From Candidatus Woesearchaeota archaeon (GTDB taxonomy: Archaea > Nanobdellota > Nanobdellia > Woesearchaeales > JAZDKJ01): a DNA stretch of 34,571 nucleotides. Shown here one piece after another: positions 9,985-17,835 of the stretch (position 1 is its first letter; each line of letters opens with the position of its first letter). The notes under the pieces are model-generated. The model was given only the letters and a program-made list of their open reading frames with translations, had not been told where the DNA came from and did not search any database. The translations under genes and the position numbers were made by a program. The stretch covers positions 1-34,571 of the forward strand of contig JAZDKJ010000007.1 of the NCBI GenBank assembly GCA_043803105.1, in the 5' to 3' direction.

Positions 9985-10710
9985 TCAATAATGCAGAGGA
10001 CACTTACATGGAAACCTTGGAGTGCTGGAGAAACTGGTAGTAGGCAGAAGACCCCTTGAACGAATATACTCCTGAACCCATCCCTGGTCAGTTCCCAGTA
10101 GGGCAGCCATTTCGACAGTGGTCTTTTTCTGATGTATCAGATGGTCAAGGGAAGATAGCCTCTGCAGCCTTGGATTTTTCAACAAGAAAACACTTCGCAG
10201 GTAATCTCGCAAAACCCTCTCCTTAATGCCGATAAAAACTCTATAATTGAATTGGCTCTTCAATTCCAGAATCCTTGAAAGCCCCCAAGCAGGCTTGTCA
10301 GCCTCATACAACTCAACAAGCTTTTCGTGGACTAGCTGATTCTTAGTGCTAAAGTAAGCTTGGAGAACATCCCAATCGTGCACAAGATAGGTTGCTCCCA
10401 AAGCCTTGGCGTCATAATCAGACCATTTTGTCATGCTTTCAAACAACTGATATGTATCCTTGACCTTTTTCCTCCTATTGCGCTTGCTTAGGCTTTGATC
10501 ACGGCGATGCTGCTCTTTCTTGAGATAATTAATCCTTTCGATGTCCCACAAATCCGGAAACGCTTCTGCCTGTCTCTCAAGCACCTTCAAAAGGCTGTGA
10601 GGCTTTATTTCTAGATTCTCGACCAGCTGAGAAATGTCTTTTGTAGCATAAATCTCGTGAAGAGTGGAAAGCTGTTTGAGGTTAATCTTGTTATAGTTCA
10701 GCATATTCAA
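9985..10710 (-). CDS. hypothetical protein, possible C-terminal HTH
   Basis: 241-aa ORF; KTTVEMAALLGTDQGWVQEYIR resembles an HTH. Confidence 0.6.
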   Translation of the reverse strand: MNMLNYNKINLKQLSTLHEIYATKDISQLVENLEIKPHSLLKVLERQAEAFPDLWDIERINYLKKEQHRRDQSLSKRNRRKKVKDTYQLFESMTKWSDYDAKALGATYLVHDWDVLQAYFSTKNQLVHEKLVELYEADKPAWGLSRILELKSQFNYRVFIGIKERVLRDYLRSVFLLKNPRLQRLSSLDHLIHQKKTTVEMAALLGTDQGWVQEYIRSRGLLPTTSFSSTPRFPCKCPLHY

Positions 10711-10752
10711 TTAGAATTTCTTGCAATTCTTAAAAATATTTGCCAAAATTAT

Positions 10753-11268
10753 TTAAGGGCTGTGATACGCCATTTTAGCGATTTGAGCGAGAAAAACAAA
10801 CTTGTTTTGCTCTTTCTCCCTTCCATATTTTTCCATTACGTAGGCAACAGCCTTCACTTCGCTGGTCAGCTTTAAGAATTCTAGGTCATTCTTCAAAGCC
10901 TGCTGAATGTCGTTTGCCTTTGCTTGTCCTTCTTTTTTCAAAATTCCTATACAGTTCACGCAAAAGTCAGGGTCACCAAAAGCTTTCTTCTCCTTTTTGC
11001 ACTTCGTGCATAATTCTTCTTCAGAGATTTTTTCTGCCTCTTGTCCAGCAGCACTTAGCAGTTCTTTCATAGCTCTTTCTGCTTCATCTTTGTCAACAAA
11101 GTCTTCTTCAATTATTCTTCTGTAGAAAGTATAGTAGGCATCAAAACCTAGCTTTTGTTGGAACTCTTTCGGCAGTTCCTTGTAAACGTCATAAATTGCC
11201 AAGTCTCTATCTTTCCGGTTTAATAAATAATCCTTAATATGCTTCTTCAAGTCTTGCTCGTCTTCCAT
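10753..11268 (-). CDS. hypothetical protein with a CxxC...CxxC zinc ribbon
   Basis: CTKCKKEKKAFGDPDFCVNC within a charged helical protein. Confidence 0.7.
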   Translation of the reverse strand: MEDEQDLKKHIKDYLLNRKDRDLAIYDVYKELPKEFQQKLGFDAYYTFYRRIIEEDFVDKDEAERAMKELLSAAGQEAEKISEEELCTKCKKEKKAFGDPDFCVNCIGILKKEGQAKANDIQQALKNDLEFLKLTSEVKAVAYVMEKYGREKEQNKFVFLAQIAKMAYHSP

Positions 11269-11481
11269 TGGCGTCTGGCTGCCACGCTTCTTTTGTGTTG
11301 TGTTATGGGTTTTGGTATAAAAATCTTCCCTAATCTTTTTTCCAAAACATTCTGAATCACAAAGGAGTCATATATACTCTTGAACAAAGAAAGGGAGAAA
11401 ACAAAACTGGCTTAGAAAGGCTGTAACCAAAGAATTTATAAGAGTTAGGCGTTTCGCAAAGGAGCGTAGCAAAGCTACAAT

Positions 11482-11494
11482 TGGGGCTGTAGTG
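11482..11494 (+). repeat. 13-bp copy of the tRNA-Pro 5' end (putative att site)
   Basis: TGGGGCTGTAGTG is identical to 13022-13034 and is preceded by a BRE/TATA-like AAAGAATTTATAA at about 11429-11441. Confidence 0.65.
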
Positions 11495-11541
11495 CTGCTC
11501 AGCAGGCTGAACTGCGAAGCAACAAATATTGATGAGCGAAT

Positions 11542-11826
11542 TTAGCACCAATGGCTGTAGGCAGTATCATGATGCTGTAAGTCCTCAAAACGGATAATCT
11601 TTTTCTGGCCATCAATCTTAAAGATAAGAATAAAGTGATTGTCTATATGCACCCTTCTGAATTGTTTCAGGTCATAACACAGGTTCTTGTAATGCTCAGG
11701 CTCTTCAGAATTGATTATCTCATCAATCTTCTTCATCGTGGCCTCATAGCGAGCCCTGTCCTTTTTGAACAGCTTTTTCAGTATCTTGATGAGTTTGTCG
11801 CTTCTTTCAGAACTATACACGCTCAA
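11542..11826 (-). CDS. RelE/ParE-superfamily (YafQ-like) toxin
   Basis: Basic protein of about 93 aa with HYKNLCYDLKQFRRVHIDNHFILIFKID...HHDTAY. Overlaps the antitoxin; alternative GTG start at 11820. Confidence 0.88.
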   Translation of the reverse strand: MSVYSSERSDKLIKILKKLFKKDRARYEATMKKIDEIINSEEPEHYKNLCYDLKQFRRVHIDNHFILIFKIDGQKKIIRFEDLQHHDTAYSHWC

Positions 11827-12055
11827 TCTCTTTCCTCAAGTCAGCAATGCTGGAAAACCGCTTGAAATTTCCCTTGTCTATCTTCAACAACTCTTCCCTA
11901 TACTCAGGCCTAAGCTTCGGCTCAAGCATCTCTTCCTCAAACTTTTTTATGACAAAGTTCACAGCCTGGGACTTGTTCTTGAAGCCGTACTTGCCCTTGA
12001 CAATGTTCAAAACCCTGTCCTCATGCTCACCAAAATTAACAATCGCTTGCGTCAT
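11813..12055 (-). CDS. antitoxin (DUF2683-like, RHH)
   Basis: MTQAIVNFGEHEDRVLNIVKGKYGFKNKSQAVNFVI...LEPKLRPEY, directly upstream of the toxin, with a GAGGTTGA SD. Confidence 0.85.
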   Translation of the reverse strand: MTQAIVNFGEHEDRVLNIVKGKYGFKNKSQAVNFVIKKFEEEMLEPKLRPEYREELLKIDKGNFKRFSSIADLRKEIERV

Positions 12056-12124
12056 TTTATCAACCTCAAGATAACAATGTATTATATTTTGTTACTGTTA
12101 ATTATTAAACATAATGAATTATTA

Positions 12125-12305
12125 TATAAATCTTCCTGTCCAAAAAAGCTCTAAGAACTCCCCGACATCTTTTTTTGGAGAACCACTTTGGATCCTTGTG
12201 GCAATTTTTTAGGAATTTTCTGATACAGAACAGGTAAGTAATCACAGTCCTGTGGCTCAGCTTCCTCCTGAGCATCTCTTTCTTCATAGCTTCTAGAACA
12301 TCCAT
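12125..12305 (-). pseudogene. truncated tyrosine recombinase (N-terminal SAM-like domain only)
   Basis: MKKEMLRRKLSHRTVITYLFCIRKFL matches the integron/Xer-type integrase N-terminus. Removing one A from the A7 run (12170-12176) continues the frame as SKKDVGEFLE. No catalytic domain follows. Confidence 0.7.
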
Positions 12306-12502
12306 AAGAAATCTCGTGTACTGAATCTTAAAATATGTGATGCAGGAAAAAGAGAATAATTTTCATCTTATCCGAAAAAACTACCGATTAAATTCACTTG
12401 GAAGTTACAATACTTTTTCTAATTTGGTCATCACAAAACATCCCTCCCAGAGCCCCGGAAACAAGAATCCTTGGTTTTTCGTTTATATGTTGTTAAATTC
12501 AA

Positions 12503-12866
12503 TTGCGAAAAGAGGCGTCAGAGTATTTTTCCGTATTTTCCTAGAATCTCTCTTACTTTGTCTGCGTAATTGTCTGGCAAAGGTGGTTTGACACATGAGA
12601 AAATGATTTTCACAGAGTATTGTCCAAGTCCCCAGCCTCGTTTGCCCATAAAATCTACTGGTACAGCAATCCATTCTCTGCTTGGTTCACGCACTTTTAT
12701 TTCAAGAGTTTCGGTGTGAAAACAAATATAAGGGCATAGTTCGAAGGCCTGTAGTGCTTTCCGACCCTCATCGAATTCGACATTAAACTCCAAGTCTTTG
12801 CCTTCATCCATAACAAATGAAGTTTCTGCTAGGCTTATAAAGATTCCTCGTCGCCTCTTTTCGCAA
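12503..12866. repeat. perfect 15-bp inverted repeat flanking one ORF
   Basis: TTGCGAAAAGAGGCG (12503-12517) and CGCCTCTTTTCGCAA (12852-12866). Confidence 0.85.
12518..12811 (-). CDS. hypothetical protein (cassette-like)
   Basis: 97-aa ORF with a TTTATAA box about 25 nt upstream; its stop codon abuts the inverted repeat. Confidence 0.7.
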   Translation of the reverse strand: MDEGKDLEFNVEFDEGRKALQAFELCPYICFHTETLEIKVREPSREWIAVPVDFMGKRGWGLGQYSVKIIFSCVKPPLPDNYADKVREILGKYGKIL

Positions 12867-13022
12867 CTTCAACGGTGCTCACTTCGTTGCGCTCCTCGAT
12901 CTTCCTCGCTGTTGCTCGTCAGAGAATTTAACACGATTAGTTCATCGCAACCTTTTTAACGCCTTGCCAGTTAGCCGTAGCAGGAAGGTCATACAACAGT
13001 GTGGCTTTCCACTTCAACCTAT

Positions 13023-13290
13023 GGGGCTGTAGTGTAGCTTGGACAGAACAAGCTTGGTCTTGCTCTGGAGATACTATCACTCACGCTTGGGGAGCAATCC
13101 CAGAATGCGTGCAACCGGAGTTCGAACAGCTTTTTTTGCTTCGCAAAAACCCAAAGAAAACCGAGGGTTTTCTTGGGCCCATCCGAATTGTTGAATTCGG
13201 ATAGGGAACCTGGGAAAAGGCTTTTTTCCTCGACGGAAAAAAGAACGGTTTTGCAGCGTCAAGAGAAGCTCGAAAGTCTTCGCAGCCCCA
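13023..13290 (+). tRNA. tRNA-Pro(GGG) with three introns (D-loop about 13043-13073; 37/38 at 13093-13105; 59/60 at 13127-13276)
   Basis: The spliced 74-nt sequence GGGGCTGTAGTGTAGCTTGG|CTATCACTCACGCTTGGGG|TGCGTGCAACCGGAGTTCGAA|TCTTCGCAGCCCCA folds as a complete cloverleaf. BHB-type motifs occur at the junctions. The D-loop boundaries are the least certain. Confidence 0.9.
13127..13276 (+). other. 150-nt structured BHB intron at tRNA position 59/60
   Basis: Strict BHB: TTCG/CGAA central helix, AA|C and AG|T bulges, outer helix AGCTTTTTTTG/CAAGAGAAGCT, plus several internal hairpins. Confidence 0.85.
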
Positions 13291-13669
13291 TTTTTTTTCT
13301 ACCAATTGGTGACTAGCAAAAGAGCTTAAGTCAAAGCTTGACAGTTTCTTCGAGTCGTAGGGTATGTCTTCAAACAGCATATTTCCTGCAAAAAAGAATA
13401 ACCTATTTTCTCTTGAACTCTTCTAGCCAATGTCCATAAAGTCTTAACAGATTGCCCATACAGGTCGTTATGGCTTGCCATTATAGTTATCATATTATAT
13501 AAATGATACCGAGGTAAAAGAGGTCTGCACATTCTCAGTGGATAAGATTATTACGCCGAATCTAACTGGCCTGCGACGAGATGATAGATAAGAAAGATAT
13601 TTCTGAATACAAGTTATTTCCTTTTGACAAGAAGAATTGAATCTCAACAAATAACTTCTTATTTATTGA

Positions 13670-14143
13670 TTATTTCTTGACGCGATTTAGTTTGAGAAGC
13701 TTTTCGCTAGTAATGTTCAAAAAGACGTTCTGTTCCATTCGCGCAAGATATTCTGACGCTATCGTGATGGTACCGAGGCCTTTCACGGAAGATTTGACGA
13801 CAAGGTCCTGAATAGTGTTGGTCTTTGGCACGAGATTGACCGCTTCCACAGTGCCAATCTTTCCACCTTTAACTCCAAACACAGTCATTCCTTTCAAGCG
13901 AAAAGAGGGTTCGATGGTAAGAAACACGGCGTATTTCGTAACTTCTCGAATGTGGTCTGACCCAATAAGAAATCCTTTTCGCATAAAACCTTTATCGACG
14001 GATATACCCACAACTTTCAAGGTCTTTGGATGGATATAGAGTTTGTCGCTAACTCCAAGAAACGCTCCTCGCGAATCTATAACATCCTTGCCAAGCACAT
14101 CTTCCGATGTTATAACGCCCTTAATGCTGGGATTTTCGGTCAC
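13670..14143 (-). CDS. PRC-barrel domain protein (two domains)
   Basis: DVLGKDVIDSRGAFLGVSDKLYI and LKGMTVFGVKGGKIGTVEAV. Confidence 0.85.
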   Translation of the reverse strand: MTENPSIKGVITSEDVLGKDVIDSRGAFLGVSDKLYIHPKTLKVVGISVDKGFMRKGFLIGSDHIREVTKYAVFLTIEPSFRLKGMTVFGVKGGKIGTVEAVNLVPKTNTIQDLVVKSSVKGLGTITIASEYLARMEQNVFLNITSEKLLKLNRVKK

Positions 14144-14597
14144 GTTTTAGTTGCTCGTAAGTTTTTGAAAGAATGATGGAAGTTCCGAGGTGTTCGATGT
14201 CGGCGTGGCGCACCTCCATTGTTCGGAACCATCCGCGGCTGACAGTGAGTGACGCAACGCGATTTGTTTCACTAACGCGGTGCACTTTTATTGCAGTGCC
14301 CACTTTTTTGCCATCGTGACTGACCACTGTGCATCCTTCAAAGAGCGTTGCAGGTTCAATCGAAAGAATGACGGCTTGTGGTGTCATCACATTAACGTAG
14401 GTGATACAGATATACTTGTCTTCTTTGAAGAATTTTCGAACAACGATTCCTTCAACATAGTATTTTTTTTTGTTGAAGTGAACAGCCTTTACTCGTCCGA
14501 GCACTGCGCCAGATTTTGTGAGTACTCGCTTGCCAAGAATATCTTGTATTCGAAGGGTTTCATCAACGGCACTTGCTTTCTCAACAAACACTTCCAT
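14121..14597 (-). CDS. PRC-barrel domain protein (two domains)
   Basis: DILGKRVLTKSGAVLGRVKAVHF and FEGCTVVSHDGKKVGTAIKV. Confidence 0.85.
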   Translation of the reverse strand: MEVFVEKASAVDETLRIQDILGKRVLTKSGAVLGRVKAVHFNKKKYYVEGIVVRKFFKEDKYICITYVNVMTPQAVILSIEPATLFEGCTVVSHDGKKVGTAIKVHRVSETNRVASLTVSRGWFRTMEVRHADIEHLGTSIILSKTYEQLKRDRKSQH

Positions 14598-14651
14598 GAA
14601 AATAGTTGAATGGTAGGGTGTTTAAAAATGCTTTGGTGTTTGCAAAAGTAA

Positions 14652-15260
14652 TTAGTGCACAAAGTAAACAAAGGTCGCAATTGCAATGAGTTTCACAATA
14701 ACTGCTAGCATAAGAAAAAAGAAGAGTCGTTTTGCATTGTATTTTACGATACCAAGACTGAAACTGAGCACGTCGCTTGGGGCCGGAACAAGATTCATCA
14801 GAATGATAGCATACGCGCCATACTTATTTACTTTTCTGCGTATTGCATGTATTTTCCTTGTCGAGAGAAGATATACTACTTGTTGACTGAGTTTCCAGCC
14901 AGTGAGATAGCTAATTGCACTTCCAATCACGAAACCAAGGAGCGCAGCTGCCATCGAGAGAAGGACAGGATTGCCTTGCTTTAAGCCAATATAGAATGTG
15001 AGTTCAACCGGAGCAGGAACAGGAATGAACACTATACCGCTTATGATACCAAGAATAAACTGCTTGAGTGGCGTGATGTCGTGCACGATGTCGGGCGTAT
15101 AGCGTGAATAAAATGATTCTGAACTAACTTTACCGTTCACACGCCCATAGTTTACTGCTGCAATAACAAGGCCGCTTATTATAAGAACAATCATCACAAA
15201 TAACGCAACAACTCGTTTCACTTGATTGTTGGAGGTTTCGTGAACAAACGTGTGTGACAT
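14652..15260 (-). CDS. DedA/VTT (SNARE-associated) family membrane protein
   Basis: FIPVPAPVE, GSAISYLTGW, KYGAYAIILMNLVPAPSDVLSFSLGIVKY. Confidence 0.85.
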   Translation of the reverse strand: MSHTFVHETSNNQVKRVVALFVMIVLIISGLVIAAVNYGRVNGKVSSESFYSRYTPDIVHDITPLKQFILGIISGIVFIPVPAPVELTFYIGLKQGNPVLLSMAAALLGFVIGSAISYLTGWKLSQQVVYLLSTRKIHAIRRKVNKYGAYAIILMNLVPAPSDVLSFSLGIVKYNAKRLFFFLMLAVIVKLIAIATFVYFVH

Positions 15261-15343
15261 ACACGAGCGCAGCCCTGGTCGTATTTAATTATGTTGATTT
15301 GCCTAATGTGCAAAGTGTTATTTTAGATAGAAGCGGCGCCTAA

Positions 15344-15392
15344 TCTTCGCAGCCCTATTATTTTTCTACCAATTGGTGACTAGGCAAAGAGC
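15344..15392 (+). repeat. attR-like copy of the tRNA-Pro 3' end and trailer
   Basis: TCTTCGCAGCCCTATTATTTTTCTACCAATTGGTGACTAGGCAAAGAGC versus 13277-13325. Confidence 0.88.
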
Positions 15393-15452
15393 ATGAATTT
15401 TTTCCAAAGATTTATAAGCGGGGACCAAGCGAGAAAATAGTTGGTGATAAGT

Positions 15453-17201
15453 ATGAAAAAAGCATTTCTGTTTTTATTGACATCTTTGATTTTAGCGAGC
15501 ACAGTTCTGGCTGCTTCAGTGACTATAGGGCCTGATGGGATGGGTGCCTATAATTCGTGGACCAACCAAGGCCGCACAGCAGCAACTGAATGGCAGTGCG
15601 TTAACGAGGCAACTGCGAACACAAGCGATTATGTTTACACCAACGGAAAGAACACAAAGGAAAGCTTTAGCTACTCTAACTCAGGCCAGAGTGGGTATAC
15701 GATTAACAGCGTAACCTTGTATTATTATGCAAAATATTACAGCAGCTCAAAATACAAGATACAGCCGATGATCAGAAGCGGCGGGACAAACTATCTCGGA
15801 AATACATTAACATTAACTTCAGGCTATGCATCTTATAACCAACAGTATAACACAAACCCTGCAACAGGAAGCGCCTGGACTTGGGCACAGGTTGATGCGC
15901 TTGAGGCTGGAATGAATTCTTACAATTCAAACAATGGCGGTGGTTATGTGGCCCAGACCTATGCGGTGGTTGCCTATACCATCCCAGATTCTTGCAGCGA
16001 TACAGACGGAGGAAACAATATTGTTATCCTAGGTACAACTTCAGGCATAAAAAATGAAGCATCTTACAGCGACACCGACTACTGCGTGGACAGCTCTAAT
16101 GTGTTTGAATACTATTGCTCAGGAACGCAAGAAACAAGCCAACAGCAAAGCTGCGGAACTGATGGTTACGGAAGCAATTATTGCCTTGGCAACGCGGTGT
16201 ATCACAACTACACTGACTATTCCTGCAATGCGGGAGCATGCGCTCATACGCACACACCTGAACTTGTCCAGACCTGCGGAGCCGACCAGTATTGCTACTA
16301 TGGAACTTGCCGTTACTCTGACACATGCAGCGACACTGATGGAGGGGACGTACCCTTGGTTTTTGGAACCGTTTCCGGGTATGCTTATGGTTATCCATAC
16401 AGCGTTGACGATAAGTGCATGGGAGACAGCAACCTAAATGAGACTTACTGTTATGGAACTCAAAAGGCAATACACTTCCAAAGCTGTGGAACTGATGCAT
16501 ACGGCAGCGCTTACTGCAGCGATGATGATGTGTACAAGGATTACACTGACTATTATTGCAGCGGAGGAGTGTGCGACTCAGACACCACACCAGAACTGCA
16601 GCAAGACTGCGGAACAGATGGATACGGAGCAAACTTCTGTGTTGGGACCCAGGTCTACCATAACTACACTGATAATTATTGCAGCAGCGGAGCGTGCGGC
16701 TATTCAATCACGCCAGAGCTTGTTGAAACATGCCTGACAGGGCAGTACTGCAGCAGCGGAGCATGCCATTGGACAAACTCTTGTAGCGACACAGACGGAG
16801 GAGTGATGCCCAACATATTTGGGACTGTGAGCGGCTATTACAGCGATGCATCTTACAGTTATGATGACTTCTGCAATACAAGCGCTCAGTTGAAGGAGTA
16901 TTGGTGCAATGGTGCCTTGGCTAAACTGTCCAGTCAGACCTGTTCTTATGGCTGCGCTGACGGCAAATGCAATCCTGCACCTGATTCATGCACTGACACA
17001 GACGGTGGTATAGTACCCCTCATAGGCGGAAACACCTACGGATATTATCAGGGCAATTTTTATTATAACCCTGACCTCTGCTTGAACGGCACAGCCTCCA
17101 TGATGACAGAGTGGTATTGTTCTGGGACCAGCAGCAACAGCCAGGATATCGACTGCAATTCCAACGGAACAACGTATTGCACACAGGGCCATTGCGCCTA
17201 A
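15453..17201 (+). CDS. secreted Cys-rich repeat protein (CxDTDGG repeats)
   Basis: Signal peptide, GGTGA SD, four CxDTDGG modules and three CGTDxYG..C...VY..YTD..C..G.C....TPEL...C modules. Confidence 0.9.
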   Translation: MKKAFLFLLTSLILASTVLAASVTIGPDGMGAYNSWTNQGRTAATEWQCVNEATANTSDYVYTNGKNTKESFSYSNSGQSGYTINSVTLYYYAKYYSSSKYKIQPMIRSGGTNYLGNTLTLTSGYASYNQQYNTNPATGSAWTWAQVDALEAGMNSYNSNNGGGYVAQTYAVVAYTIPDSCSDTDGGNNIVILGTTSGIKNEASYSDTDYCVDSSNVFEYYCSGTQETSQQQSCGTDGYGSNYCLGNAVYHNYTDYSCNAGACAHTHTPELVQTCGADQYCYYGTCRYSDTCSDTDGGDVPLVFGTVSGYAYGYPYSVDDKCMGDSNLNETYCYGTQKAIHFQSCGTDAYGSAYCSDDDVYKDYTDYYCSGGVCDSDTTPELQQDCGTDGYGANFCVGTQVYHNYTDNYCSSGACGYSITPELVETCLTGQYCSSGACHWTNSCSDTDGGVMPNIFGTVSGYYSDASYSYDDFCNTSAQLKEYWCNGALAKLSSQTCSYGCADGKCNPAPDSCTDTDGGIVPLIGGNTYGYYQGNFYYNPDLCLNGTASMMTEWYCSGTSSNSQDIDCNSNGTTYCTQGHCA

Positions 17202-17202
17202 A

Positions 17203-17223
17203 TTTTTTCTTTTTCTTTTTTCT
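17203..17223 (+). terminator. oligo-T archaeal terminator
   Basis: TTTTTTCTTTTTCTTTTTTC immediately follows the stop codon. Confidence 0.55.
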
Positions 17224-17257
17224 AGTAAGTTATTTATAGCCATTCAAGGAAATACTA

Positions 17258-17830
17258 TTGATGGTAGGCAATCCGCCCAAATTCAACAAATATGATGTTC
17301 TAAGATGCTTGCTGGGAATACAAAAGGATATTTCAAGACTTGATCTTGGAAGATTATTGGAGCTTGGAGAGGGTACGGTGAGAACTATACTTGACATACT
17401 AAAAATTAAGAGGCTAATTGACTCAGACAGGCAAGGGCACACCCTTACTGCCAAAGGAAAGCAGACAAAGGAGAACCTTGCGGCAGAATTCGAATTTATT
17501 GAAATAGCTAAGACAAAGGAACTCGGAGGAAAGCACACATTTGCATTCAAGATAAGGAATGAGAGAAGACTCGAGGTAGGGTACAAGCAAAGAGACATCG
17601 CAATCAAGAACGGGGCAGAAGGGGCTTTACTAATGGTCTATGACAAAGGATTGAGGATGCCTGGAATAAGCAGGTTTGATGTTCAGCTATACTCCTCAAT
17701 ATTCGAGCTGACAGATTATGACATACTGGTTGTATGCTCTGCAGCCACAAGAAGAATGGCAGAATGGGCGGGGATTGCTGTGGCTGAATCGCTGAACGGC
17801 AAGGTGAAAAGGATATTGAAGATGTTCTAA
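17258..17830 (+). CDS. winged-helix protein (DUF4443/DUF2111-like)
   Basis: SRLDLGRLLELGEGTVRTILDILK...GHTLTAKG wHTH, followed by QRDIAIKNGAEGALL. Confidence 0.75.
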   Translation: MMVGNPPKFNKYDVLRCLLGIQKDISRLDLGRLLELGEGTVRTILDILKIKRLIDSDRQGHTLTAKGKQTKENLAAEFEFIEIAKTKELGGKHTFAFKIRNERRLEVGYKQRDIAIKNGAEGALLMVYDKGLRMPGISRFDVQLYSSIFELTDYDILVVCSAATRRMAEWAGIAVAESLNGKVKRILKMF

Positions 17831-17835
17831 ATTTG

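Larger units (their letters stand above)
11482..13034. mobile_element. small degenerate island bounded by tRNA-Pro 5'-end repeats
   Basis: The 13-bp direct repeat encloses a TA pair, a truncated integrase and an IR-flanked ORF. Confidence 0.55.
13277..15392. mobile_element. 2.1-kb island integrated at the tRNA-Pro 3' end
   Basis: A 49-bp direct repeat (45/49 identical) at 13277-13325 and 15344-15392 begins with the tRNA 3' exon. No integrase lies inside. Confidence 0.8.

Noticed and set aside
11441-12985. Canonical integron attC array (GTTAGGC at 11444, GTTAGCC at 12970)
   Set aside because: I could not pair these with properly spaced RYYYAAC inverse cores, and the integrase is only a fragment.
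13001-13380. Short ORFs over tRNA-Pro (13001-13204, 13077-13262, 13081-13380)
   Set aside because: They overlap the tRNA exons and hairpin-rich intron and show no endonuclease or other motif.
13326-13560. Possible frameshifted gene remnant at the left end of the island
   Set aside because: Short frames with no recognisable similarity; cannot be supported without a search.
16054-17243. Alternative-frame ORFs and DNA repeats suggesting a DGR or CRISPR array
   Set aside because: The repeats are in-frame protein modules. There is no reverse transcriptase, adenine-specific TR/VR pattern or regular repeat-spacer array in the window.
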